NCBI GenBank assembly: GCA_000708835.1
Contig: DF237037.1
Coordinates: 151,988 to 215,987, forward strand
DNA length: 64,000 nucleotides
Direction of reading: 5' to 3'
Source of the DNA: Klebsormidium nitens
Taxonomy: Eukaryota; Plantae; Klebsormidiophyceae
Part shown: positions 47,372 to 60,100 of the stretch, one piece after another
Position numbering within the stretch: the stretch's first letter is position 1
Layout: each line of letters starts with the position of its first letter
Program-made: the position numbers and the translations under genes
Notes under the pieces: model-generated
What the model was told of the DNA's origin: nothing
Database searches by the model: none
What the model saw: the letters and a program-made list of their open reading frames with translations, nothing else

Positions 47372-50300
47372 TTCCCTGGTTACTCATGATTCCATTTTCA
47401 TGGAGCTGCGGCTTGTCAAAAACGCCGCCCTATTGTCTCTTCAAATCACCTCTTCTCAGCAAAGCTGAAGGCAACAGCCACCATGCAGAATACCTCCAAT
47501 ATTGGTCTGAGCTGCAGCACTTGCTTTAATGGTTTCTGTGGCCCACGTCTCCTTGTATCCTAAATTCTGGATGCAGCCACCTACCTTTCCTTATGCTACC
47601 CAGCTTTCGGATGCATAACGTTCGAGGCTATGAACATGCAGCCGGGCCAGCCTGGCCAATGACATGCTGGAGCGGAGTTGCTACAATAACCGCTCAACGC
47701 GCGATCAGCATTATCGACGGTTGCAAATGGCGTTGTATGTGACAGGTAGGGTCATCGGACGGTTTTCAAGCCGCACATGCTTCGCTGTACGCACCAGTGC
47801 GTGACATGAACGGGCTAGCCTCACATTCGAATTTGAACTCGCGCAGCACTGCATGCACAAACTGATGACGTCTGCTGGTTGCGTCTCGACGGAAGAGCCT
47901 TGCCTACATGCTTCCAAATGTGGGACGAGCAAGTCAAGTTTCAGACCCCCTTCAGACACGTCGACCACTGAGCATAAGAGTCTCCACAGCCGGCCAGCTT
48001 CTTCTTGACCAGTGCGCCCAGACGTGGCAGTACTAATAGTTTAGCGGGGCGCACTAATAGTTTAGCTTTGTCTGGAGCAGCAGCGTTAATCACGTCGTAC
48101 GACGTCGTACTACCAACTTGACCCCGTTTTCAGATCCAATGGGGTGCTCAAAGCGCAGGCCGACTGGCTGCCACGGAATAAGAGCCTCCGAATTGTTCTC
48201 TGAGCGTACGCAACTTCCAAGATTGATCACCAAGTGACCAAGCCGGTCTCGCGGTGTACTTGTAGCTCAGGGGTGACGCTAGAATAGGTACTGAGGGAGG
48301 AATCCCTCAAAGCCCGGACCAGACGATCGTCTTCCTTGCTACCCCTCAATCGCCAAACGGAGATCTAAACATAGTTTGCTCGGACGCCCTCTTGCGCCCA
48401 GATCTCCTCAGGCTAGACTTCAACGTCGATCGTAATAGAGTGACCATGGCAATATGATTGACTCGGATTGCCCTTATCAGGGCAGTAGCGTCCTCCTGCA
48501 ATCGGGCCTGCAATCCGGGCAGAATGGGGTATTACAAGAAAATGAATTTTCGTGTTTTCAAAATCCGCCCCCCAAGTTTTGAGTTTCTCGACGTTGTACA
48601 CCCAAAAAAAAGGTTGGCTGGGAAGCAGCCAATGCTTTTGCACGCCATCTTTGAAAGACGCAAGCAAGAGTGTCGGAGGGAAACTCGCCAATATTGTCGG
48701 GCAACGACAAGAGAAGGGTCATAGAGCAATGGCTTGGCACTAGTGATCTTCGCACAGGTTGATTTACGGGCCGAGGTCTTCCAATGTCGGAATTGGAAGA
48801 TTATCTGTTGGGTGCGCCAGCAAAAGGCCGTCGAAGCTGATTCGATGTAATTTCAAATCAGCACGACTGTTGGATCCTGATGTGCATGCGTGCAAAGATG
48901 CAAACCATCCAAGAAATCAAACCAGCCGATCAGATCGCCGGACAAGGATCTGCGACGTCTCCGGGCTTCCAGCACGGTGCCACGCATGCTTTGGAAGCTG
49001 CCATTGAAGGGCACAACAGCACGCCGCCTCTGACCTTCGAGAAAATGATGAGGAGAATAACCATTTTCTGAAAGCTATTTGGGGGCCACGTGGACGTCGG
49101 AAGGAACTCTTGAACGCTGGTGGGCACTGTCAATGTCGCTTGTCTCTGCCGCCGAGGAGCCCTTGAATGCTTCCTCCGAGCTGGGCGGTTCCCGGTCTGT
49201 GGGACTGATCAAGATCTACGCCGAACCCGGCTGGCAGTTGCAATCACTGTTGGGTAATCGGTTGAAAACAGTCCCAGCTGCGGATCGATTCTCTGGGCAT
49301 GCTATGAAGCATCGATAGCGAAACACTGCAGCTCTGCGTCCTACGTTTGCACCTGACCAAGGATCTTCAAGATCTGCTTTTCTAAAATGACAGTCGCTGG
49401 CATAGTAGTCATAAGCCTTTAGGCGTTAAGAAGGGGCCAGCACTCCTCGCCCCGCTACGATGCAAGTCAACACTTCCACACTCAAGACTCTTGCCTTGGA
49501 ACCTGAAAACCTTGATACCGGCATCAGAAGTGTATATAGCGGAGCATGTTGGCATATCGACTGCCTAGGAGTTCCTGTCATAGCCGCACCGTCGACAAGT
49601 TGGCGAATGCTCGCTAAAAGACTCTGGTGATCACACTCTCAAAGTACGTGGGCCAACAAAGTTTTGTGGTGGCAAAATTCTTCCGGGGGTTCAAGGACAT
49701 ACGTATACGGCTAGTACTATTGAGAGTGATCGAAACAGCCAGAATCGAGCAAACGTGATAGCGAGCTCGCAAGAGCGCTGCAACAACTGCAAAGAAGCCT
49801 AACAGCCGCTTGGGTGATCGATTTGGCAAGTTCCAATCCAGTGTTATTCCCGCAGTCCTGGCCCAGGAAACCTGCCATTGCCGTGTTGAGCTGTGTCATT
49901 GAGTGGCTGATAATTAGCATAGAATGGCCACAGAGAATCAACACGACGATCCATGATCAGCTCTGGATTTGTTTCGATCGCTTCGTTTCGTGACGAACGG
50001 ATCCTAGAGTTGCCTGCTTCTGTACGTCAATTGATCTAGCTTGAGTGTAAACGCCCAAACTCCCAATTGATGTAAAGCTGGTCCTTCAACTCGTGCCCAA
50101 CACAATGTGGCAATCTGTACGTAAGCACAACTCTGCTACAAGAAGAGCAAGACACAGGCAAAGGCAGCCCGCCTTCATATTCCCATCGTTGTCCGGATTG
50201 AAGACCAAGGAGAGTGTTATCTAGCATAATCCAATTATACGCCAAACGAAGACAGCGAAAAGATTGCCGTTAAAGAGATCGTCAAAGCCAGAGACTGATT

Positions 50301-51139
50301 GCGTGGCGGCCTCTGAAGCGAACACCACAAATCGACGACTTCATTAGGGCCCACGTGGGACCTCGAAAGAGAAGCCGGTGCGAAAAACTCAAACGGGGAT
50401 CAAAGGGAGTAAAAAAGAATTCTTACAAGGGCATCCAATCAAAGAAAGTATCATTTTCGGATGACTCGGCGATCAGCGGTACGAGCAGAAGAATATACTT
50501 TGCGCTCTGTCGTTAGAGTACGACTGATTGAGTTAGGCTGACACACGAAATTTTGCACGCTTCAAAGCTTTCAGAGGCCTCGCTTTGGAACTCAGCAACA
50601 AGCACTTTGCTGGGCAGATCCGAGCCCCGTGAGCCGCCCACAAGCGCACCTCAGGAGTAAAGTCTCCACGGTTCAAGTTCACGACTGGCAGTAATTACAA
50701 GCCAGTGCATTCGTCTATCCTCAGTGCCAACCTGTAGTAGGACAGGACGGCCATGTACAAAAGCTGGTTGGCCAGAAGCCGCAAAGTCGTACGTAGCATA
50801 GCCGTCAGGCAGGCGCCTTGCGAGCGCCCATCAACAACCGTTGAACCAGTGACTTCTGCCACTGTAATTGCCATCATTGACAGGTTGCCAATACGCATTC
50901 ATGAATAACAACAGGCTGAGATAGATCGAAAAGTGGTGGATTGACGTCATGTGCGCGCCTGGCTTTGATTGCATTATATCATAATGGTGCAGGTTCTTTG
51001 TCAGATTGCTGACGACTCTTTAAGCCGGCTGGCAGACAATCACGCTGGCCAAGATACACAGCAGCGGTCAGGACGCCACTCCGCTGGTAGCGTTTGCGCC
51101 CAGAGATCGAACTCCGACTGCTTTCATGCGATCCTTTTG

Positions 51140-54100
51140 TAAGCACTCCGCGCCGCGCCCGGCCGACCGGCCGGGCCGCCTCCGGCTGATCGCGCGGCCG
51201 CCTACCGCCTCTGCGCCGCACCACGACCATGCGGCAACCCGCCGCGCGCGTCCTCGGACGCTTCGCGCGTCGCGCGCCGCGCGCGCTTGAAGGTGGAGCA
51301 AAGTTGAAACGAAGCGCTACAAGACAAAGCAAGACAGGTAGTTTTGAACATGCAAAAGCTGTGTCCCCGTGTTTCGTCGTTGTGATAAGCAGTTAACGTC
51401 GGTTCTTCTGTGGTCCGGCTGGAAAATGGGCGGCATCGCCACGTGTTACGAGGATGTACGAATACGGATCCTTTTAGATAGCGCGTCTTTGAGACGAACG
51501 GCGAAATCAGAAAAATGCTTGAGGCAAAAGCTAGAGGGATCATTTTCAATCAAACCGGTGATAACCGGAGCAAAAGCTGCCAGGGAGGCACTACACGCGA
51601 TCTCGGCTCAAATGATGGCAATTCCGCAGTCCTTGTATGGCATAGCGATAGGGGCAGTCTTATTAGCCAAAAGCAGGTCAATTACGACTTTCCAAAACCG
51701 AAGGTGGTCGGAGATCCTCGCTGTAACTTCAGCGCATAATTCGGGAAGGACTTGCAAAGCGCAAGAGTTTGCGCTGACGCTTCTGGCATGTGGTCCAAAT
51801 CTTCAAGTAACTTTACCGTCAATCGTGCAAATCTGCGTCAAGGGCCGGGCTTCCGTCACTGCCAGGATGCAGGTAGGAAATCAAAGCGGGTGAAAATGCC
51901 GGTTGGGCAGCCCAAAGGCCGCAGAACGAGACCAGCGCCCATGCAGGTTAGGCGGATCGTGACGAAGAAATGTCGCTTCATGCAAACAGAATGCAAAAGA
52001 AAAGCAGACTCTGCCTTGGTTCGGCGTGTTGCGCAATCAGATTTTCCGCTGGTTGGAACTGGGGCGCTAGAGGGAATCTCTTTTGATAAGTTGACCCTTA
52101 CGAGTGTTGGGGGCTTTCAACGGAAAAACCTCATTGTGGAACTCTAAGATCCGAAACCGTACCGTCTTCTAGCATTGCAGTTCCATGCGGAAAGACGACT
52201 TCCTTTCAAACAAGGAAAAGATTCGCAACTGACATGCTAGCGCGCGGCATTTCAACATATATACCCCGGCCCCCTAGATCGAGTGCCACTTATTCATTCC
52301 AATTGTGAAACGATCCAAGCAATATGGCTTCCATCCAGCATCTCCCGGCGTGGCGGTTGATACCGCCAAAAGGCTGTCACCGTCATAGCCAGACGGTATT
52401 GATCGTGCAGCGCACGCTCTGAGTCTGACCGTCGAGGCACGCAAGCAAGGTTCCTTGAAGACTTGTGAGGACACGACGTTGCCAGTGAAGAGGCGTGAGC
52501 GTAGTGCACTCTCAATATGCCGCGCAGCCAAAGAGCAGGCCAATGTCGTTCCATTTTCAAAGACTCGAAGACTGTCGAGTCAAGGACCTGTCAAAACGAG
52601 TAATATCTGAATGCACTTCCTTTTCTGCCTGTCGCGGTCACGCGCCAGCAGCTTTCAGCTAAGCTTACCCACATTATTGAGGTACTCTCCTCCAACCCAT
52701 CGGACTCTAAGGCAGCGTCAAATTACGTTTTTCGGCAGTTAAGCAGCTGAAAACATCAAGAAGGGCACCGAAAAGAATCCGATCAGTGGATAACATTTGA
52801 GAAGACATCTGCTGGGCGACTTGAATCTATCGGGAGACGGCTAGTGTTAATGACTCTCAACCTCTAGCTGGGTAAAGACAAGTTTTGTTCATTGACAGCG
52901 ACATGAAAAGGCAGCGCCAAACGGCTTCACCGCCGGTTCTGGTGAACCTCCTTTGGCGAAGTGCCAGTTCGTGAACATCATCGCCGTAAGCAGTCATTTC
53001 AAAGTATGAAATCGAACGCCATTTTGCCAAGCACTTCAAAGTGGAAAACGAAAGAAGCATAGAAACGCGACCCACGAGCTTGTCAGCAAGTATGCAGGAT
53101 ACGGTATCAGGACCGTAAAACACGTTTTCTTGAAAGCAAAGCGTCGAACAGCTGAGAAAGTCAGCACGGAAGACCAGAAGTCTTTGCCCGGTTCTGCAGT
53201 GTCGCTTCGACAGGTTTCTGCACCGCAAAGCGTTTCCTGTTCCACAGCATCAAATCATCTATACAAATCCTTTTGTCCAGAAGCATCCCGTTAAAAGAGC
53301 GAGCAGTTGCAATTCCGTGATCACCTACCATTCTGGCCGTTCTCAGAACCAACTAGAATCCGCATGCGCTTCTCGAAAAGGCGACAGCCCTCGGTAAGCC
53401 GGCTTGCGCCCAACGTGCGCCTGGGTTACTAAGGCTTTTGTATGACCGGTGAAGTCTATGAAAGATCCGCAGGTGGGCTGAAGATTTTCCTGCCATCTAG
53501 CAAAGGCAAGCAGTTATGTACATCAACACAAAAACCTAACCCACAACATCACCTGCTCCGAACCCGTACGTACCCACCCCAAACCCGCAATTCAACCCCA
53601 CCCGTCTTAGGCTGGTCAGCTTACTTTTGCAAAAGCTTACTATTGCTAAAATGCCGATTTCGATCCGTGGGCTGACGCCGCACAGCCGATGTAAGCGCCG
53701 CTGTGCGCCGCACCCGGTCCGGCTGCCGGCTGACCGCGCGGCCACTTAAAGCGTCGGCCCCCGCCGCGCGCGTCAGCAACGAATACGCGGCCGACCGCGC
53801 GCGTCCTCGGGTGTGCCGCGCGCGCAACGTAACGCATGATAGCAGGAGCCGCTTACGGTGCCTAAAAGCAGCAGGTGTTAAAGAAGAGCTGGCGGCTCAT
53901 GAGATATGGTAAATCGTGGTCTCTATCGTTAAAGGAGCAACGTTCCTCCCATGTTTTGGTGGAGCCCAGGCCATTAAGGAAAAGCTGGCCAATGAGGCCG
54001 GCCTTTGAACGTATGTTCAAGTCTGCAAGAACCTGGTCAAAAGATCAAGGGGATCCTGACTTTGGAGATGGGTATCAATAGTGCTCAAAACCTTGAGAAT

Positions 54101-57100
54101 AACTAGAGCGGGTGCTCCCATGCAGGTGCCACAAGCAGTTTTGGTTCAGGTCATGACCGCCAGATATGGCTTCTTTTCTATGTCCAGAACGCAAAGTTTC
54201 CTACCATACGGATCGACGATCAGAGGTGGCCGATCGCGGGAGGCACATAAGGACCGGCCGTTGTCTGGACTTGCAAAGTGCAAAAGAACGTAATGCTGAA
54301 ATCTGGGGCATCGAGTTCACTTCGATCACTTGCGTGACGGTTGCGTCACTCGTAGGACCCGGCCGCGTCAAGGCTGGGCCTCTCTCCCTGCCAGTATATA
54401 TATCTGCAACAGCGGCTGAGGAACGTCCCGATTGAGAACGTCGATAGACTACCGGCCCCCTTTTTCTGGTTGTTAATCTGATGAGCTTTCTTCGGTCGAT
54501 CTGGTATATTTTAGTTTTGTTCTATGCAGCTTTTGACTTGAACATGCAGAATCGTCCGCTTTCTATATAGCTTCCTACGAAGACGGCTCACTATAAGAAG
54601 GGGGCTGCTTTCAACTATTTGTCACGGCCGCAACTTTATACAAGACCAGCCATGCATGCAAGTCTGGCCATTCACAACCATAGTAAAACCGTTCCGTTGT
54701 GGGCATTGGTTGCTTCGATTCCGCGCGTTCCGGTATCAAAGCGGCCATCAGTCGATCGAGTTTCAGCGGTTTTCATGTCTGAAAACTGCGATTAGGTGTG
54801 ATTTTGAGGTGCTTGAGCGAATAAGGGAACTAGGACCCTCCTCTGGTATCTGCGGAACCGAAAATCTGTAATGATGGTACCCCGCTAGAAGTGCCAGTCG
54901 TCCATTTAAAACGCATTGAACGGTGTCAAGTTGTGGGTCTATATTGGCCTCATTTTTCATCACCCATGTTTGGCCCAGAGCACTGCCATGTATAGGATGT
55001 CATGTCATAGCCTTTGAAGGTGAGGAGCCTGAAAGGCAGACAACCATTGCAGAAATCCGTAAATGCCGCTGTGATCCTCAAAGAGATGCTTTTTGAAGAT
55101 GACTTTATAAGTGTGAGATGACAGTTGGCCGAAAGCCCAGATGACGATGACCTCGATTGCTACTACCTTTCAAGAGCGAGCCACCCGTTCCTCCTTTTGG
55201 TTTCTGAAATTGACGAAGCCGCAAAACGACCTGAGTCCGTCAGCGGATACTCACGAGTGTCATGATCAAACGCAGTTTCGCATCAGTACAGTTTCGCATC
55301 AGAACTAGTTCTTTCCACTGTATGAAATGGCGTACGTGTATCCAAATGCCATCGAGCTTTCCGTCATTGCCAATAAGCAATGAGCAAAGTTGTGATCCGA
55401 GATCATATTCTGCTTTCAGGGAAAGTACCAAGCTTCAACTTGTGCTTCGACAGGGATCAGGCTCATACAAAGCGCGCGCGTTGAGGCGCACATTGTAAAG
55501 AGAGCACGTGGAGTCAGCAATTCGCAGAACCATCGCTGCGCCAATGATGCGCGCGCGTCGAGAGCGCGGCCGCCCACAGAATGATTTGCAGTTTTACCTG
55601 ACCGCGCACTCCCAGCTGGCCATGTCGATCGATACTGCGCGCGCGCATGAAGGAACGGAGCCGCATGTAAGAACGAATCAGAATGTGACGCTAGCTTCAT
55701 CCTTCCGTATGGAGTACTAGGACATCTGAATCTGCAAGTTCTTCTTGGCTGTCCGGTTGAACAGCCCAGAAGAGAGGAAGAAAGTCGTACATCCATTTCA
55801 ACCCATCGTCGTACTTCGTGTTGTGAATGCCGTACAGATCAAAGACTCGTCATGAATAAGTGCCGCACATTCCGCCGTGATACAATTACAAACAAGATGG
55901 CAAAGATACAGCTTGCAGCGATGTTGGGGACACCAACGATCCACTGAGAGGCTGTTGGCATAATAGAAACAAAGTCATATCGGCTCAAATCAGGAACCGC
56001 AGTCGTCTACTGACGCCGCTTTGACTTCAAGCACAGCGTTCAAGTTGTCACAGCCAAGGAGAAGGCACGGGACGCAATCCAAAGTAGTCTCAAATCTTAG
56101 AGCGGATCAAGGCAGTGAAGCCAGTGGAGTAAGATGGACGGGCAAAGAAAGATGAATCAACAAGATAGGCGTCCGCCTTACCCCATACCCCTCTGCTCGT
56201 AGACCCGAGTAGTGAGAAGGTCTTATATCTTCACTGCCGAATCTGAAGAGGGACGACGACCGATTTTGGATTGGACCGGTCACGCAACGGAGGACCCTTT
56301 ACTGGCCGAGATCACAAATGGGTCAGAAATCTGAAGCATTTTCAAACAAAAGTGGAATCACAAGGAAGAGCCTGCCTGAGGGTCGCCTCTAGAATAGCTG
56401 GATTATATTAAAGCCAACAAGGACGCACTTGCCGGGTTGCACACAAATGCGTAAGAGATGCAGCAAAGTCCTCGTCGTCCGAAGCATGTTAATCAGACAG
56501 ATTAAACTTCTGCACGCGCCAGCTTGGGTCCGCGGACCACCAGAGTTTTCATGAGATGCAAGCAAGATGGCCATCTTGAAAGGGTTACTCGTGCTCGAAA
56601 AGGAAGGCCGGAGTGAATGAGGCTTGGCCCCGGGCTTGCAACGTATGAGGCATCGAACATGTGCCTAAACTTGGACCGACCGCTTCAGCACATGTACGCA
56701 AACCGCGAGGAGCAAGTCCCCAGCGGCTCGCCTCCTGACACTGATATCATGACGAGCAACAATTTGGGAGCACTTGCAAAGCAGACAAATGTGTCCGGTC
56801 CGCCGGCATCAATCTTTTTATTTGCGTCTGATCATCCAGCTAGCTCGTATTTTGGTCGTAAGCCCGCGCGCGCGTCAAAGCTGGACATCTCTCACTCCCG
56901 GACTAAGGAGGTTTCAATAGAAACTGAAGGCCCCCGTTGAAATCATCTCGGCCGACATATAAGAGCAGTCATGCGGGCAAAGGCAAACCAAAAGACCAAA
57001 ATGGTTAAGGTATAACCATAGCAACTACTTCCGTTATGCTCATTACCATAGCGGATCGGACTGGCAGCTCGTCGAGTTCTTTACTTCTGAATATCATGAG

Positions 57101-60100
57101 GATTTTTCTGAGGTATTTGATGCATGCGCAAAGGAAGCTGAAATCCTGTATAGCAATGACTGACTTGGTACGTCGTCCCCACACACTCTAACGGGACGCC
57201 TGAAGCCATGCTGACACGCCGCAAGAATTCATCCCTGGAAAAGCTCGTTCGTCCAACTTAGCAGCCATCGAAGCCTTGTTGATTTTTAAGTTCAGGTATT
57301 GGCCTCAACATAAGCATGAGCTCTTTGTGTGGCTGAAACTCCAACCACAAGGATCGTTCCACATCAGGGCCTTTGACAGGTGACGACCTGGGAAGGCACC
57401 CCTTGAATAGACTTATGAGATTATGAAAGCCTCTATTTAATTCTCAGAAGCGCCCTCTTGTGCAGACCACCTTGCAACCTTGAAGGGACGTTTTGGTTGC
57501 CAAGGAGTCGATGAAGTCATCATCCTTCGCATTCAAGAGCAGGCCACCCAATACCTTTCTTTTCTGGCTGTTCCAACGAAAAGGATGCCGCGAAACAAAT
57601 TGTTCCGTCCGCGGGTAGTCATAAGCTGCTTGATCCTAAAAGGCCGATTATATATAATCGTTGGCATCAACCTTTTCAACTGCTTGATCCAAATGGCATG
57701 TTCCTGTGGGAGCCATCACTTCATTTGTCATTGCCTGCACTAACTACCGATCAGAGCGGTACTTATGCGAGCGGGATGCGAACTCAAGAAAGGGAGTAGG
57801 GCTCCAAAATGCGCGCTTTGGGGCGCACTCGTACGAAAGGGCGGAAGCGGCGCAGGTATGTGCACTGGGCCAATGGTGAGCACAAATGAACTGCGGCCGA
57901 GAACGCGGCCGCTTACAACTTTGACCTGCAATATACGCTGGCAGCTGGCCATGAATGAGAGAGCGCGCGCGCATGAAGGAACGGAGCAGCACGAACTAAT
58001 ACGTAGGCCGTGCTTGGTCTCGCAAGATGCACGCGCTGAGATTGCCATCGAGTACGGTCACCGGCCGTCAAGCTGAAGAAGCAAGGCCGGCGCGCGCGCG
58101 CGCCGCCGTGCGGACGGGGCTTGCAACCGGGCTTGCCTGGTAATGCTGGTGCCTAGGCTGAATTCAAATATATGGGCGTTGAATATCTGCGTAGACCCTA
58201 GCCTGTCCGACCGCATCAGCGGATGAAAAGGCAGCCACTGAGGATTGAGTCCTCAGCCGCTCGCGCCTTCAGTCAATAATTATCACGAGCAACAATCACG
58301 AAGCAGAAGCATTTGTCCAGATTTTCGGCATCAGAGTCTTAGTGTAGTGTTGCATGTGGACAAACATGCATAATTTTGTACGTCGGTCGTAGGCCCTCGT
58401 GTCAAAGTTGGACCTCTCTCACTCCAGGACTTATATCAGGAAGTTTCAAATACCATCGAAGGCCCCGGTAGACAACGTCTTGTCCGCGAATCGACACCAG
58501 CAAAGCAGGCAAAGGAAACTGAATACCAGAATCTTTACGGTGTAAGCTATGCAGGTGGCTATATAGGTTCTGCGCGTTGATTACCAAATCGGCCTGGCCG
58601 CTCGCTGAGTTCTTCATCTGTGACCAATGTGAGGGGTATTTTGGGGTGTTTGTTGCAGTTCAAACACCTGCAACAAATACCGTCTCGCAATATATTGCTG
58701 ATCAGCAACCTTGTCCCACAGATACCAACGAGACCTTTAATCTAACGTTATGTTGGCACGCGGCAAGCTCTCTGCCCGTGAAAAAGCTCATTGCGTCCGA
58801 CTCAGAATCATGAAACAGCGTGGATCTGAAAAAATCAGGATTGGCCACAACCCTGGCAAAAACATTAACCACGAACATTGGAATCATATCACATCATGGC
58901 CTTTGAAGTTTGACGGCCTGGGAAGGCATGCACCCATGAAAGAATCTACGACTGCCTTTGGACCTCAAAGAGGCGTCTTTGCAGATCTCATTGAATATAT
59001 GAGATGATAGGTCGGTTGCCCAAACCCCCAAAAGACGACGACCTCAATCGCTGCCACCGTTCAAGAGCGAACCCCTTCCAATCAAGGAGAAGCCGCGGAA
59101 CGAAATTTTCCGTCCCCGGCTGTTCACAAATTTCATCCTCAGATGCAATTTGACATCAAGTAGTCTTCGATGATTCAAATGGCGTGCGTCTCGCAGCCAT
59201 CAAGAGTTTCTTTATTGACAGCAAGCACGTCATCACACACGTAATCCAAGTTTGAGATTCGCTCTTCAGGAAAGCATGGAGCTTCAATATGTGCTCTGAC
59301 ATGAATCAGGTTCATACGAGGTGCGCGCGTTGGAGTGCACTTGTAGGAAGGGGTGCCAATGGATGCAGCATTTTGCAGTCCTCTCTTAGATCCAATGATG
59401 CGGGCGCGCCGAGAGCGCGGCCGCCCACAGAATGATTGCGGTTTCTGCTGACCGCGCGCTCCCAGCTGGCCATGATCGAAGCTAGCGCGCGCATAAAGGA
59501 ACGGAGCGCCTTTAAAGAGCGGATCAGGAAACGAAGCTAGCTTCACCCTTACGTATGCGGTTATAGGACATCTGGATTTCCAAGTCCTGCATGGCTGTCA
59601 GATTGAACTGCCCAAAACAGCGGAAGGAGTCGTAAATGCATTCCGTACTTCTTGTTGCCGTCGAATGCCGTACACGTGAAAGAAATGTCATGAATCAAGG
59701 ATGCCGCACCTTCACTCTGTGATTATGCAAACGCGAACAGTGTGGCGAAGACAAAATTTACAGCAGAGTTGGGGACTCCCAATCATGCGCTTGCACTGGA
59801 AAGCTGTTGCTGCAACGGAGACAATGCATCGCGACTCAGATCAGGAGATGCAAAATTCTGCTGACGCCAGTTCGAAACCAAGCACGGAGTTGTCACAGCC
59901 AAGAAGAAGGTACGGGGCAAAGTCGAAAGCTAGTCTTCAGAGCAGATCAAGCCAGGAAAGCCAGCGAAACAAAGAAGAAGGACATATCACAAGATTGGCA
60001 TTTCGTTTCTCCAAATGCCATCGAGTCTCACATATACTCGAGTGGTGAGGAGGCGTTATATCTTCACAGCCGAATCTGAAAGAGCCGTCGAGCGAGTGTG

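Noticed and set aside
55416-55796. Minus-strand ORFs in the array (55416-55796, 59175-59546, 62814-63341) as real genes
   Set aside because: Synonymous-type differences between copies map to a + strand frame, so these are probably antisense shadows.
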